Position numbers and translations under genes: made by a program. This document shows, piece by piece, positions 29,561 to 39,720 of a stretch of DNA of 64,000 nucleotides. Positions within the stretch are counted from its first letter, which is position 1, and every line of letters begins with the position of its first letter. The stretch covers positions 78,503 through 142,502 of the forward strand of contig CABZJI010000002.1 of assembly GCA_902526045.1 (NCBI GenBank), written 5' to 3'. The notes under the pieces are model-generated. The model saw nothing but the letters and a program-made list of their open reading frames with translations, ran no database searches and was not told the DNA's origin. The DNA is from an uncultured SAR86 cluster bacterium. GTDB taxonomy: Bacteria; Pseudomonadota; Gammaproteobacteria; Magnimaribacterales; AG-339-G14.

Positions 29561-31804
29561 ATGCGAATTATCTTAAAGTCATTTTTCTATTTCCTGTTTG
29601 TAATACTTATCTCGGCTCTTATCTATAGTTTGGTTGCTTTTTTTGGGTATTTTGGGACATTAGAGCCTGGCGGAAAGTCAATAAATAGTGAGTTGCCAAA
29701 AAGAATATTAAATCAAAAAATAAGAAGTCAATTAAAGCACTCCAACTCATCAAAACAAATCCTCTTTGGTGACACACATGTGCATACAACATATTCCACC
29801 GATGCATTTCTATGGAGTCTGCCAATGTATAACGGAAGAGGTCCCCATCCTGTTTCAGATGCCTGTGATTACGCAAGATTTTGTTCAGCTTTAGACTTTT
29901 GGGTAATCTCTGATCATGCTGAGGCAAGTACTCCTCATAGTTGGAACAATACTATTGAGCAGGTACAAAGCTGTAATAAAAGCACTGACCCAGAAAACCC
30001 AGACATGATTACCTTTTTAGGATTTGAATGGACCCAAATCAGTGATAACCAAAATGAACACTTCGGACACAAAAATGTCATTCTTAAAGAAATTGATTCA
30101 GAATATCTACCCAAGTCTCCAATTGCTGCAGACAGAGCCAGCCTTAATAATTTTAGAGATCCCAACAGGGTGAATGAAGCAAGAATAAATATGATGGTTC
30201 AAGCGTTTAACGATCTTGGAAACAGACAAAGGTATTACGATTTTATCGCTTACAATGCAGATATTTCCAAATCAGCCGTTTGTTCAGGCAATTCAAATGA
30301 TGAAGATGATTGTCTGATGTCTGCTGATACGCCCAAAGAGCTTTTCTCTAAATTAGATGATTTGGAAACCGACTCTATAGTTATTCCTCATGGCAATACA
30401 TGGGGATTTTATACTCCCTTAGGCTCCTCCTGGGATGACCAGCTTGATGATGTTCATGATCCGGAAAAACAAATTTCTTTTGAAATTATGTCCGGTCACG
30501 GCAATTCAGAGGAATATAGAAATTGGGCTGAGATTATTTTTGAAGGAGATGATTTTTTTTGTCCAGAGACGTCAGAGAATTATCTCCCTTCATGCAAGCA
30601 AGCAGGGAATATTATCTTCGAAAGATGTATTGAGAATGGAAAAAGCGAAATTCAATGCAGAGAGGATGCTAACCAAGCTGAGATTTTCTATCTTGAAGCG
30701 GGACAATCTGGACATTTTGTAGTTCCGGGTGCAACACCAGAGATGTGGCTTGATTCTGGGCAATGCAAAGATTGCTTTATACCGAGTTTTAATTATCGTC
30801 CTAAGGGCTCCTTTCAGTATGCTTTAACAAAAAGAGGCATTAACAATGAAAAATTTATTTTTGGTGTTATTGCATCAAGCGATAACCACAGAGCCCGACC
30901 TGGTACTGGATACAAAGCTGTTGATAGATTACTGACAACGGAATCGAATGGAGTCAAAGATCCAGCTTTTGAAAGGCTCTTTTATCCCTTAGATGAAATA
31001 AGTGATAAACCTGTTAAATTTAAAATTGAAGAAAGGTTCATACCCAATCCCTTGGGATACTGGGAATCAGAAAGACAAGAATCATTCTTTACAACAGGCG
31101 GTTTAGCAGCAGTTCATGTAGATTCAAGAAGCAGGGAAGGTGTTTGGGATGCTTTTAAAAGAAGGGAAACTTACGGTACAAGCGGACCAAGAATATTGCT
31201 TTGGTTTGATTTGATTACTGAAAATGGATTAGTACCTATGGGTTCTGAGTTCACCATTGATAATAATCCAACTTTTCAAGTCAAAGCTGTCGGATCCTTT
31301 AAGCAAAAGCCTGGTTGCCCTGATTATAGTTTAGGTAAAAGATCAGCAGAGGACATAAAAAAATTATGTATGAATGAATGTTTCAACCCTGGATCTGAAA
31401 GGTATGCCGTAACAAGAATAGAGGTCATAAAGGTCTTGCCTGAAATCAATGAGTCAGAAGATCCAAATGATTTAATTATAGATCCTTGGAAAATATTTGA
31501 ATGCGAAGAAAACAAAGCTGTCTGCAGAATTAGATTCCAGGATGAAGATTTTCTCACTGATAATAGAGAAGCAACTTTTTATGTGCGTGCCATACAAGAA
31601 CCTACTGAAAGAATTAATGGTAAAAATCTTAGATGCACCTATGATGATGAAGGCAATTGTATCCAAACAAATTTTTGTTACGGCGGATATAAAACAGATA
31701 TTAATGATAATTGTATTTCAATGTCTGAAGAAAGGGCTTGGTCATCACCAATCTATTTGAGTCCATCAATAAATCCTAATTTAGCAGCGTCAAAACTAGA
31801 TTAA
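29561..31804 (+). CDS. DUF3604 domain protein (PHP-like metallohydrolase) with N-terminal TM helix
   Basis: FGDTHVHTTYSTDA, SDHAE, GFEWT, IPHG, SSDNH, RRETYGTSGPRI, FYVRAIQEPT and ERAWSSPI motifs. Confidence 0.88.
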   Translation: MRIILKSFFYFLFVILISALIYSLVAFFGYFGTLEPGGKSINSELPKRILNQKIRSQLKHSNSSKQILFGDTHVHTTYSTDAFLWSLPMYNGRGPHPVSDACDYARFCSALDFWVISDHAEASTPHSWNNTIEQVQSCNKSTDPENPDMITFLGFEWTQISDNQNEHFGHKNVILKEIDSEYLPKSPIAADRASLNNFRDPNRVNEARINMMVQAFNDLGNRQRYYDFIAYNADISKSAVCSGNSNDEDDCLMSADTPKELFSKLDDLETDSIVIPHGNTWGFYTPLGSSWDDQLDDVHDPEKQISFEIMSGHGNSEEYRNWAEIIFEGDDFFCPETSENYLPSCKQAGNIIFERCIENGKSEIQCREDANQAEIFYLEAGQSGHFVVPGATPEMWLDSGQCKDCFIPSFNYRPKGSFQYALTKRGINNEKFIFGVIASSDNHRARPGTGYKAVDRLLTTESNGVKDPAFERLFYPLDEISDKPVKFKIEERFIPNPLGYWESERQESFFTTGGLAAVHVDSRSREGVWDAFKRRETYGTSGPRILLWFDLITENGLVPMGSEFTIDNNPTFQVKAVGSFKQKPGCPDYSLGKRSAEDIKKLCMNECFNPGSERYAVTRIEVIKVLPEINESEDPNDLIIDPWKIFECEENKAVCRIRFQDEDFLTDNREATFYVRAIQEPTERINGKNLRCTYDDEGNCIQTNFCYGGYKTDINDNCISMSEERAWSSPIYLSPSINPNLAASKLD

Positions 31805-31857
31805 CCATTTACTCCAATTATCCTTATTTTATGAGATACTTCTGGAGTAGGAGATAG

Positions 31858-33300
31858 ATGGAAGTACAAAAAGATAATAATTCGTACAAGTTGCCTTTTA
31901 TGACCAAATTCTATTACGGGTTTGGTTCCTTGGCTTATGGAATTAAAGACAATGCCTTTAATTATTTCCTTTTGTTTGTTTACGTTCAGGTATTTGGATT
32001 ATCACCAGATTTAGCTGGATTGGCTATCCTTCTTATGTTGGTTTTTGATGCTATCTCCGACCCTCTTATTGGCTACTATTCAGATAATTTTAAATCTAAA
32101 TGGGGCAGAAGACATCCCTTTATGTATTTCTCAGCAGTTCCTGTTGCTATTTCATTTTTTTTAATATGGGATCCTCCAGATAACTTAACTCAATCTCAAC
32201 TATTTTGGTTTTTGTTAATCATCGGGGCAGTGATAAGAACTGCGATTACTATTTATGAGATACCGAGTAATGCTCTGGGGCCAGAACTTTCAAAAGATTA
32301 TGTTGAAAGAAGTTCATTACTTTCTTTTCGATATTGGTTTGGCTGGTGGGGCGGCTTGGCTGTTTGGAACTCTTTATGGATTTTCGTCGTTTATAGCACC
32401 TTAACCGGAACCCAAGATGCAAGATTTGTTGCAGATACTTGGATGACCTATGGATTGGTATGCAGTCCCATTATGTTTTTAGCAATTGTTGTAACTGCAA
32501 TGGGTACTCACAGACATATAAAAGATTTACATTCTCCTGAAATACAAAGAAAAACACTAAAAGTTATTTTCTCTGAACTTTACGAGACGATGACAGTAAG
32601 TAAAAACTACATAATTCTTTTTATTGCCATGATTATGATGGGAGTAGCTGGAGGAATAGGTACAAATTTAACGCTATATTTTTATAGTTTTTTTTGGGAA
32701 TTTACTCCATTAAATATCTTAACAATTGGTTTGAGTTTATTTTTAGCACCCTTGGTGGGACTTATTGTATCGCCCCTTTTAGCAAATAAATTTGGTAAAA
32801 GAAACGGAGCAATAATTCTGTTTGCAACCTCTTTAACGGTCGAAAATGGTGTTATAGCTTTAAGATTATTAGGTTTAATACCAGATAATGGCTCTCCAAT
32901 AGTTCTAGGCTTTGTTCTTCTTTTTCATTTCATTGGTGTTGCGACATCAGTTATCTCCTTCACTACATTAAATTCAATGGTGTGGGACACAGTTGAAGAG
33001 GTTGAAATAAAAACTGGAAGACGAATGGAAGGAACTTTACTAGCTGCACGGTCGTTTGCAGCAAAATGTATGAGCGGTGCAGGAGCTTTTGCGGCTGGTC
33101 TAATTTTGACTTATGCATCATGGCCAAAGAATGCTGTGCCCGGACAAGTGGATGAATCCGTTTTGTTCACTTTTGGATTTACGGCAATAACTGCTTCAAT
33201 AATTCTTTGGTCTATTTCGCTGTTTACTATTTCCTTGGTAACAACCACCAAAGAAAGTCATCAAGAAAAACTTTCTGAATTAAATTACATAGAAGACTGA
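31858..33300 (+). CDS. GPH family (MelB-like) MFS symporter, paralog of 27343-28794
   Basis: DAISDPLIGYYSD..KSKWGRRHPF, ALGPELSKDYVER, THRHIKDLH and TGRRMEG motifs. Confidence 0.88.
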   Translation: MEVQKDNNSYKLPFMTKFYYGFGSLAYGIKDNAFNYFLLFVYVQVFGLSPDLAGLAILLMLVFDAISDPLIGYYSDNFKSKWGRRHPFMYFSAVPVAISFFLIWDPPDNLTQSQLFWFLLIIGAVIRTAITIYEIPSNALGPELSKDYVERSSLLSFRYWFGWWGGLAVWNSLWIFVVYSTLTGTQDARFVADTWMTYGLVCSPIMFLAIVVTAMGTHRHIKDLHSPEIQRKTLKVIFSELYETMTVSKNYIILFIAMIMMGVAGGIGTNLTLYFYSFFWEFTPLNILTIGLSLFLAPLVGLIVSPLLANKFGKRNGAIILFATSLTVENGVIALRLLGLIPDNGSPIVLGFVLLFHFIGVATSVISFTTLNSMVWDTVEEVEIKTGRRMEGTLLAARSFAAKCMSGAGAFAAGLILTYASWPKNAVPGQVDESVLFTFGFTAITASIILWSISLFTISLVTTTKESHQEKLSELNYIED

Positions 33301-33301
33301 A

Positions 33302-33607
33302 ATGATCAAAACTGAAATTGAAAAGAATTTAACTGAAGGTATTGATTTACTTCATCTAGAGGTAGAAAACGAAAGCCCAAATCATAACGTTGAGCCAGGA
33401 AGCGAATCTCATTTTAAGGTTGTGGTGGTTTCCGATGAATTTATCGAAAAAAGATTGGTGCAAAGACATCAAATGGTTTACAGAATATTAAAAGATGAGA
33501 TGACTAAAATTCATGCTATTGCTATCCATGCATTTACAAAGGATGAATGGCAAGAAAAAACTGGTCAGGATTTAAAATCACCTAACTGTTTAGGCGGGGA
33601 AAATTAA
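33302..33607 (+). CDS. bolA: BolA family protein
   Basis: LEVENESPNH, ESHFKVVVVS, QRHQMVY, IHAIAIH and SPNCLGG motifs. Confidence 0.93.
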   Translation: MIKTEIEKNLTEGIDLLHLEVENESPNHNVEPGSESHFKVVVVSDEFIEKRLVQRHQMVYRILKDEMTKIHAIAIHAFTKDEWQEKTGQDLKSPNCLGGEN

Positions 33608-33616
33608 AATACATCA

Positions 33617-34483
33617 ATGTTCCATATTTCAACGTTTTACGATTGTCATGAGAGAGATAATTCTTTTTTAAACCAAATCTTATCGAAAAAAGCTGATGAA
33701 TTCTCCATAGTTGGAACAATTATTTTGACTCCTGAAGGAATTAATTCAACTATTGCTTGTGAGAATTTAAAATACCTCCATTCATTTGAGAATTTCATAA
33801 CTAAGTACTATCCTTCAATTAATATTGGACGTTCTTGTACAGAAATCAAACCCTTTAAGAAATTTAAGATTAAAGAGAGACATGAACTTGTCCCCTCAGG
33901 AACAAATCTGAAATTAACAGATTACTCTAAATCACATATAGACCCTGAACTTTGGAATAAGTTTTCAGAAAATGAAGATACAATTTTAATTGATGTAAGA
34001 AATAATTATGAAAATTCAGTTGGAACTTTTAAAGGAGCTCTAAATCCTGATACTAGAAACTTTAGAGAATTTAAACACTTTGTAAAAAAAAATAAGAATA
34101 ATTTTAAAGAAAGAAAAATTGGTATTTTTTGTACTGGAGGAATTCGTTGCGAAAAAGCTTCTTCTATTTTCAAATCAGAAGATATTAATTACGTTTATCA
34201 ATTGAAAGGAGGAATTCTCAATTATTTAAAAAACAGTAAAGAAAAAAACCTTTGGGAAGGCGAGTGTTTTGTTTTTGATGAGAGAGTAACTGTGGATAAA
34301 GATCTTAACAAAGGTTCTTTTCAGCAATGTTTTGCATGCAGAAGACCACTTTCTGAGAAAGATTTAGAGTCATCTCATTATTCTGCTGGTGTTTCTTGTC
34401 ATCAATGCATAGATGAAAAATCAGAAGAAGACAGATTAAGATATCTCGAGCGACACAAGCAGAGTATTAAAAAAAACAATTAA
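33617..34483 (+). CDS. trhO: Rhodanese-domain tRNA uridine(34) hydroxylase (TrhO/YceA)
   Basis: GTIILTPEGIN, DVRNNYE, FCTGGIRCEKA, LKGGILNY and GECFVFDERV motifs. Confidence 0.88.
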   Translation: MFHISTFYDCHERDNSFLNQILSKKADEFSIVGTIILTPEGINSTIACENLKYLHSFENFITKYYPSINIGRSCTEIKPFKKFKIKERHELVPSGTNLKLTDYSKSHIDPELWNKFSENEDTILIDVRNNYENSVGTFKGALNPDTRNFREFKHFVKKNKNNFKERKIGIFCTGGIRCEKASSIFKSEDINYVYQLKGGILNYLKNSKEKNLWEGECFVFDERVTVDKDLNKGSFQQCFACRRPLSEKDLESSHYSAGVSCHQCIDEKSEEDRLRYLERHKQSIKKNN

Positions 34484-34489
34484 TAAACA

Positions 34490-36940
34490 ATGGCATTTGT
34501 ACAAAAAATTTTACATTTTGTGGTTTACAAATCCTCAACTACGTTAGCAATTGTTTTACTAATCACTTTCAGCCTTGCATTTGGAGTCCAATTTTTTCAG
34601 CTAGATGCTTCTTCGGATACCTTGTTGCTGGAAGATGATGATGATCTAAAGTTTTACAGAGATACAAATAAAACTTTTGGAGGTGGAGGGGGAGGTGACT
34701 TTTTAATTGTTACCTACTCTCCCAACGACGATTTATTCTTACAAGAAACACTGACAAAAATTGAGGTATTATCAGATGAGTTAGAAGGTCTTGAAGAAAT
34801 TGATTCTGTTTTGAACTTTCTTGATGTTCCTTTGTTAGAAAGCCCTAGGCAATCATTTTCTGAAATAGCAAGCAATCCTATATCCTTAAGAAAGAAAAAC
34901 GTTGATTTATCTCTAGCAAAAAAAGAATTTTTAAGTAATCCAGTTTACAGGGGCCTCCTTGTTAGTGAACAGCTAGACACGGTAGCTTTACAGATAATAG
35001 TAAAACCAACAACTCAATATAATTCTAAGATCCAAGAAAGGTACCGAGTTATGGAAAATTCTTCTCTTAGTGAAGCTGAGAAAGAATTGAAACTTGACTC
35101 TCTTTCTCAAGAAATTGATGTCTTAAAGAAAGAAAATGTAGCCTCTCAAAAAAAGTTAGTTGCTGATACAAGGGAAATTATCTCCAAGTACAAAGGCGAT
35201 GCAGAAATATATCTTGGTGGCGGTCCGATGATATCAACTGACACAATTCAATTTATTCTGAACGATATAGTTTTCTTTGGTTTCGCCGTTGGTCTTCTTT
35301 TCATCTCTGTACTAGGCTTTATTTTTCGCCAAATCAGATGGATTCTACTGCCTTTGATAAGTGCCTTTATTTCTGCAATTGTTGTTACTGGCTTAATAAG
35401 CTTTGCAGGATTAAAAGTTACAGTAGTTTCTGCAAACTACATTGCTCTTCTCATGATTATTGCAATATCTTTAACAATGCATTTAGTTGTGAGATACCAA
35501 GAACTTTTATCTAAAAACTCTGAGTTAAGTCAAAAAGAGATAGTGTTAATGGCTTCAACACAGATGTTTATTCCATGTCTTTATACTGCCCTAACAACAA
35601 TAGTCGCATTTCTCTCTCTCATTATCAGTGATATTAAACCTATTACTGATTTTGGTTTGTTGATGGCAACAAGTATCGTTATAGCCTTTTTAGTGACTTT
35701 TTCTTTTTTCCCCGCAGTTATTTCTAAATTGCCCAAAAAGAAGAAGGACTATGTAGAGGATCAGTCTTCTGGGATAACTTTATCTATATTCCAAATTTTT
35801 AAATATTCCAGAATTAAAATTATCTTTTTTTCTCTTATAATTTTAGGACTATCTATCCTAGGAATATCTATGTTGTCTGTTGAAAATAAATTCATAGACT
35901 ATTTCAAGTCGGATACAGAAATATATAAAGGACTGTCTTTAATTGATGAAAAATTAGGTGGTACTGCCCCCCTTGATATAGTAATAAATGCACCTAAATC
36001 AGAACTCATAGAGGATGATTTTGAAGATTTTGACGATCCTTTCGGTTCAGATGATTCAGCAAATGGATATTGGTTTACAAGTCAAAATTTAGAAAAATTA
36101 GAAGAAATTCATGATTACTTGGAATCCAGAACAGAGATCGGAAAAGTTTTGTCTGTATCAAGTGGAATAAAACTTGCTGAAATAGCCAATGGAAGAAAGC
36201 TTAATGACCTTGAGTTAGCATTTATGAGAGAACTGCTACCTGGAGATATTAAAGAAAGTTTACTTAATTCCTATATTTCTGATGACGATAATCAAGTAAG
36301 ACTTCAAGCCAGAGTAAAAGAATCATTAGACGGCCTGAACAGAAAAAACCTAATAGACGAAATTAATTATGATCTTGAAAATAAGTTCGGACTTGATAAA
36401 GAACAATTCAGGCTGACAGGAATATCGGTTATTTATAATAATCTACTCCAAAGTCTTTTCTCTTCTTTAATTGGTAGCGTAGGAATAGTTTTTATAGCAA
36501 TTTTCGTAATGTTCTTATTTCTTTTTAGGTCTATCAGCTTAGCTTTGATCGGGATGATCCCTAATTTTCTTGCAGCTGGATTTGTGATGGGTTCGATAGG
36601 ATTTTCTGGTGTTCCATTAGATATTATGACTGTTACTGTGGCTGCCATAAGTATAGGAATTGGAGTTGATAATACGATTCATTATTTACACAGGTTTAAA
36701 AGAGAATTTGATTTGTCGAAAGACTATGAAGAATGTCTCAAGAATAGCCATACAACTATTGGGAGAGCAATGTTTTATACATCATCAACCATAGTAATTG
36801 GATTCTTAATTTTATTATCGTCGAATTTTAATCCATCCGTATTTTTTGGGATTTTCACTTCACTAGCTATGATCATGGCAATCTTAGGATCGTTACTTTT
36901 ATTGCCAACTCTTTTATATTATCTAAAACCATTGAAATAA
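34490..36940 (+). CDS. MMPL/RND-family lipid transporter
   Basis: LDASSDTL, two TM bundles with periplasmic loops, YTALTTIVAF and IGIGVDNTIH motifs. Confidence 0.88.
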   Translation: MAFVQKILHFVVYKSSTTLAIVLLITFSLAFGVQFFQLDASSDTLLLEDDDDLKFYRDTNKTFGGGGGGDFLIVTYSPNDDLFLQETLTKIEVLSDELEGLEEIDSVLNFLDVPLLESPRQSFSEIASNPISLRKKNVDLSLAKKEFLSNPVYRGLLVSEQLDTVALQIIVKPTTQYNSKIQERYRVMENSSLSEAEKELKLDSLSQEIDVLKKENVASQKKLVADTREIISKYKGDAEIYLGGGPMISTDTIQFILNDIVFFGFAVGLLFISVLGFIFRQIRWILLPLISAFISAIVVTGLISFAGLKVTVVSANYIALLMIIAISLTMHLVVRYQELLSKNSELSQKEIVLMASTQMFIPCLYTALTTIVAFLSLIISDIKPITDFGLLMATSIVIAFLVTFSFFPAVISKLPKKKKDYVEDQSSGITLSIFQIFKYSRIKIIFFSLIILGLSILGISMLSVENKFIDYFKSDTEIYKGLSLIDEKLGGTAPLDIVINAPKSELIEDDFEDFDDPFGSDDSANGYWFTSQNLEKLEEIHDYLESRTEIGKVLSVSSGIKLAEIANGRKLNDLELAFMRELLPGDIKESLLNSYISDDDNQVRLQARVKESLDGLNRKNLIDEINYDLENKFGLDKEQFRLTGISVIYNNLLQSLFSSLIGSVGIVFIAIFVMFLFLFRSISLALIGMIPNFLAAGFVMGSIGFSGVPLDIMTVTVAAISIGIGVDNTIHYLHRFKREFDLSKDYEECLKNSHTTIGRAMFYTSSTIVIGFLILLSSNFNPSVFFGIFTSLAMIMAILGSLLLLPTLLYYLKPLK

Positions 36941-36942
36941 TT

Positions 36943-38076
36943 ATGAGCACACTAAAAGGAACAAAAATAATTGAAATAGCTGGAATTGGTCCAGCTCCCT
37001 TCGCAGGAATGTTATTGGCAGATATGGGCGCTGAAGTAATTTTAGTTGACCGGAAACAAAATTATGGCAAAGGTTCAAAATTTGAAGTATCTGGTCGAGG
37101 AAAAAAATCCATAGCCGTTGATTTGAAGTCTGAGAAGGGGATTGAACTTGTTCTAAAGCTAGTGGAATCTGCCGATGCATTGATAGAGGGATTCAGACCA
37201 GGAGTAATGGAAAGATTAGGTTTAGGCCCAGACCTTTGTCTACGAAAAAACGAAAACTTAATATATGGAAGAATGACTGGATGGGGACAAACCGGCCCTC
37301 TTGCAAATGCTGCTGGACACGACATTAATTACATTTCTCTTGTAGGAGCTCTTGGCTCCACAGGGAGAAATGGTGAACCTCCTGCTCCTCCTTTAAATCT
37401 AATTGGAGACTTTGGTGGCGGCGGAATGTTGTTAGCTTTGGGCATATGTGCTGCATTAGTAAATGTAAAAAATGGTGGAAAAGGTCAGGTCATAGATGCA
37501 GCTATGACCGAAGGAACTGCTCAGTTGATGTCTATGATTTATGGTATGAAAGCTTCTGGATTCTGGACTGATCAACAACAAAGTAATTTACTTGATGGAG
37601 CAACACATTTTTATGATAGCTATGAATGTAAAGACGGTAAATTTATTTCTCTTGGATCTATAGAGCCTCAGTTCTATTCAATCCTCTTGGATAAAATGGA
37701 ATTAGACATTAGCGAATTCTCAGAACAAATGAATAAAGAAAAGTGGATTGAATATAAAATTAAATTTAAAAAAGTTTTTCTTTCTAAAACTCGAGATGAA
37801 TGGTGTGAGATCATGGAGGGGACTGATATATGTTTTGCACCTGTACTCTCTATGGAGGAAGCTATAAAGCATCCCCACAATAAGGAGAGAAATTCGTTCA
37901 GTACTATTGATGAAGTAACTCAACCCTCACCAGCTCCAGTTTTTTCAGAAACGCCATCAAAAATCAAACATCTGCATAATCCTATCGGAGAGGATACGCA
38001 GGAAATTTTAGATTCAATTGGATGGACTGAGCAAATAGATGAGCTCATATCATCAAACGTTATCGGTGGAGATTAA
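36943..38076 (+). CDS. CaiB/BaiF CoA-transferase family III, alpha-methylacyl-CoA racemase-like
   Basis: AGIGPAPF, EGFRPGVMERLGLGP, AGHDINY and GDFGGGG motifs. Confidence 0.92.
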   Translation: MSTLKGTKIIEIAGIGPAPFAGMLLADMGAEVILVDRKQNYGKGSKFEVSGRGKKSIAVDLKSEKGIELVLKLVESADALIEGFRPGVMERLGLGPDLCLRKNENLIYGRMTGWGQTGPLANAAGHDINYISLVGALGSTGRNGEPPAPPLNLIGDFGGGGMLLALGICAALVNVKNGGKGQVIDAAMTEGTAQLMSMIYGMKASGFWTDQQQSNLLDGATHFYDSYECKDGKFISLGSIEPQFYSILLDKMELDISEFSEQMNKEKWIEYKIKFKKVFLSKTRDEWCEIMEGTDICFAPVLSMEEAIKHPHNKERNSFSTIDEVTQPSPAPVFSETPSKIKHLHNPIGEDTQEILDSIGWTEQIDELISSNVIGGD

Positions 38077-38824
38077 AAAAATTTAAAGAGTTTTCAAAAG
38101 AAGAATTCATGATACTTTCTTTTGTCTCTTTTCTTAATAGAGCTATTTCCGCTGCAACATCAATTAAGAATTTTGGTTCATTCCGCCTTATTTTTTTCCT
38201 TGGACTTAAATAAGGAGAGTCAGTTTCAATGAGAAGCTTATCCTCAGGAATATGTTTTATGCATTCTCTCAGTTCTTTACCTCTTTTGAGATCACAAACC
38301 CAACCTGTAATCCCAATATAAAAATCTCTTTTCAAATAATCTTCCAATTCAAACAAGTTACCTGTAAAGCAATGCACAATTTGATTTTGATTAAATTTAT
38401 AATTGTCCAGTATGTCTAAGAATTCTCTATGGGCATCTCTTTGATGAAGGAATAAAGGTTTAATTATTGAATCAGCTAAATCTAATTGAGACTCAAAACA
38501 TAAAATTTGCTCCTCTTTGGAAGAAAAGTTTCGATTAAAATCAAGACCCATCTCACCTAAACATATTGCTTTGGGATCATTAAAATGAGCTGCTATGTCT
38601 TTTAAATGTTCAACTTTAAAATCCTTAGCGTTGTGCGGATGAAAGCCTACAGAATAGTAAGTATTTTCATATCTCTCAGTAATTTTTTTTGCATTCTTAA
38701 CGTCTTCTAGATTAGATGAAGTGATACAAATCTTTTCTACACCAGCCGCTAGAGAGTCACTGAGGACCCCATCAAGGTCATCTGAAAAACGACTGCTTGT
38801 TAAATTTGCTCCAATATCAAACAT
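38060..38824 (-). CDS. tatD: TatD family nuclease
   Basis: MFDIGANL, GFHPH, GEMGLDFNR, HCFTG and ETDSPYL motifs. Confidence 0.93.
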   Translation of the reverse strand: MFDIGANLTSSRFSDDLDGVLSDSLAAGVEKICITSSNLEDVKNAKKITERYENTYYSVGFHPHNAKDFKVEHLKDIAAHFNDPKAICLGEMGLDFNRNFSSKEEQILCFESQLDLADSIIKPLFLHQRDAHREFLDILDNYKFNQNQIVHCFTGNLFELEDYLKRDFYIGITGWVCDLKRGKELRECIKHIPEDKLLIETDSPYLSPRKKIRRNEPKFLIDVAAEIALLRKETKESIMNSSFENSLNFFNLHR

Positions 38825-38871
38825 AACTAATTTTAACTTTATTAATTAGCTCATACCTTTAATATAAAAAG

Positions 38872-39678
38872 ATGAATTCTAAAGAATTATTTGCAAGAGA
38901 CACAACTGTAATAAAAAAATCTGATAATTTATATATAACAGAAGTCTCTGAAAATTGGAGTATAGGGAACACAGCAAACGGGGGTTATTCAATGACTCTT
39001 GCAGCAAAGGCTATGTCGGAATTTTTGGATCATAAAGATCCTCTGAGTATATCTGCACACTATCTTGATAGGGTTGATTTTGGAGCAACAGAACTTCATG
39101 TAACTTATTTAAGTAGCAGCAGAAGTTTATCTACCGCTAGAGTAGAATTGATGCAAAACAACAAAATAAAAATAATATTCATTGGAACATTTACAGATTT
39201 TTCTTTTAAAAATGATATGAATATTTATGAAAGGAAAGTTCCTAGTTTCCCGGAATATGACTCATGCGAAGTAATTCCGTATAAAGAAGGTTTTAATCCA
39301 AAATTAGATAAAAATATTGAAAAGGCTTATTCTCAGGACTCCTTATGGTGGAAAAAAGATAGAGACAGTTCTTCGTCTACGTTGAATCTTTATATGTCTT
39401 GGCCAGAAAAGGACAATATTGACTTATTTGATTTAGTGCTGTTCTTAGATGCGACTACTCCGCCAATTTATAATAAACTAGGAACTGTTGGTTGGGTTCC
39501 AACCATATCTTTGGCTTCTCACGTAAGAGGTCTTCCTTCCGAAGGTCCTCTTAAAGTAATAGCCAAAACGGAATTTGTCACGGGTGGCTTTATGGAAGAA
39601 GATAGAGAAATCTGGGATAGTTCAGGTAAGTTGGTTGGTCAGTCTAAACAAATGGCTAAACTAAGAATTAAAAAATAA
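38872..39678 (+). CDS. Acyl-CoA thioesterase-like double-hotdog protein
   Basis: WSIG..ANGGY, HKDPLSISAHYL, GWVPTI and EEDREIWDSSGKLVGQSKQ motifs. Confidence 0.85.
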   Translation: MNSKELFARDTTVIKKSDNLYITEVSENWSIGNTANGGYSMTLAAKAMSEFLDHKDPLSISAHYLDRVDFGATELHVTYLSSSRSLSTARVELMQNNKIKIIFIGTFTDFSFKNDMNIYERKVPSFPEYDSCEVIPYKEGFNPKLDKNIEKAYSQDSLWWKKDRDSSSSTLNLYMSWPEKDNIDLFDLVLFLDATTPPIYNKLGTVGWVPTISLASHVRGLPSEGPLKVIAKTEFVTGGFMEEDREIWDSSGKLVGQSKQMAKLRIKK

Positions 39679-39720
39679 GCCTCAAAATTTTTAAAATATA
39701 GGCTACAAAAGGAATTTATT

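Noticed and set aside
34679-34696. Gly6 run in the MMPL protein as a contingency repeat
   Set aside because: The codons are mixed and the frame is intact; the G homopolymer is short, so it is probably a flexible loop.
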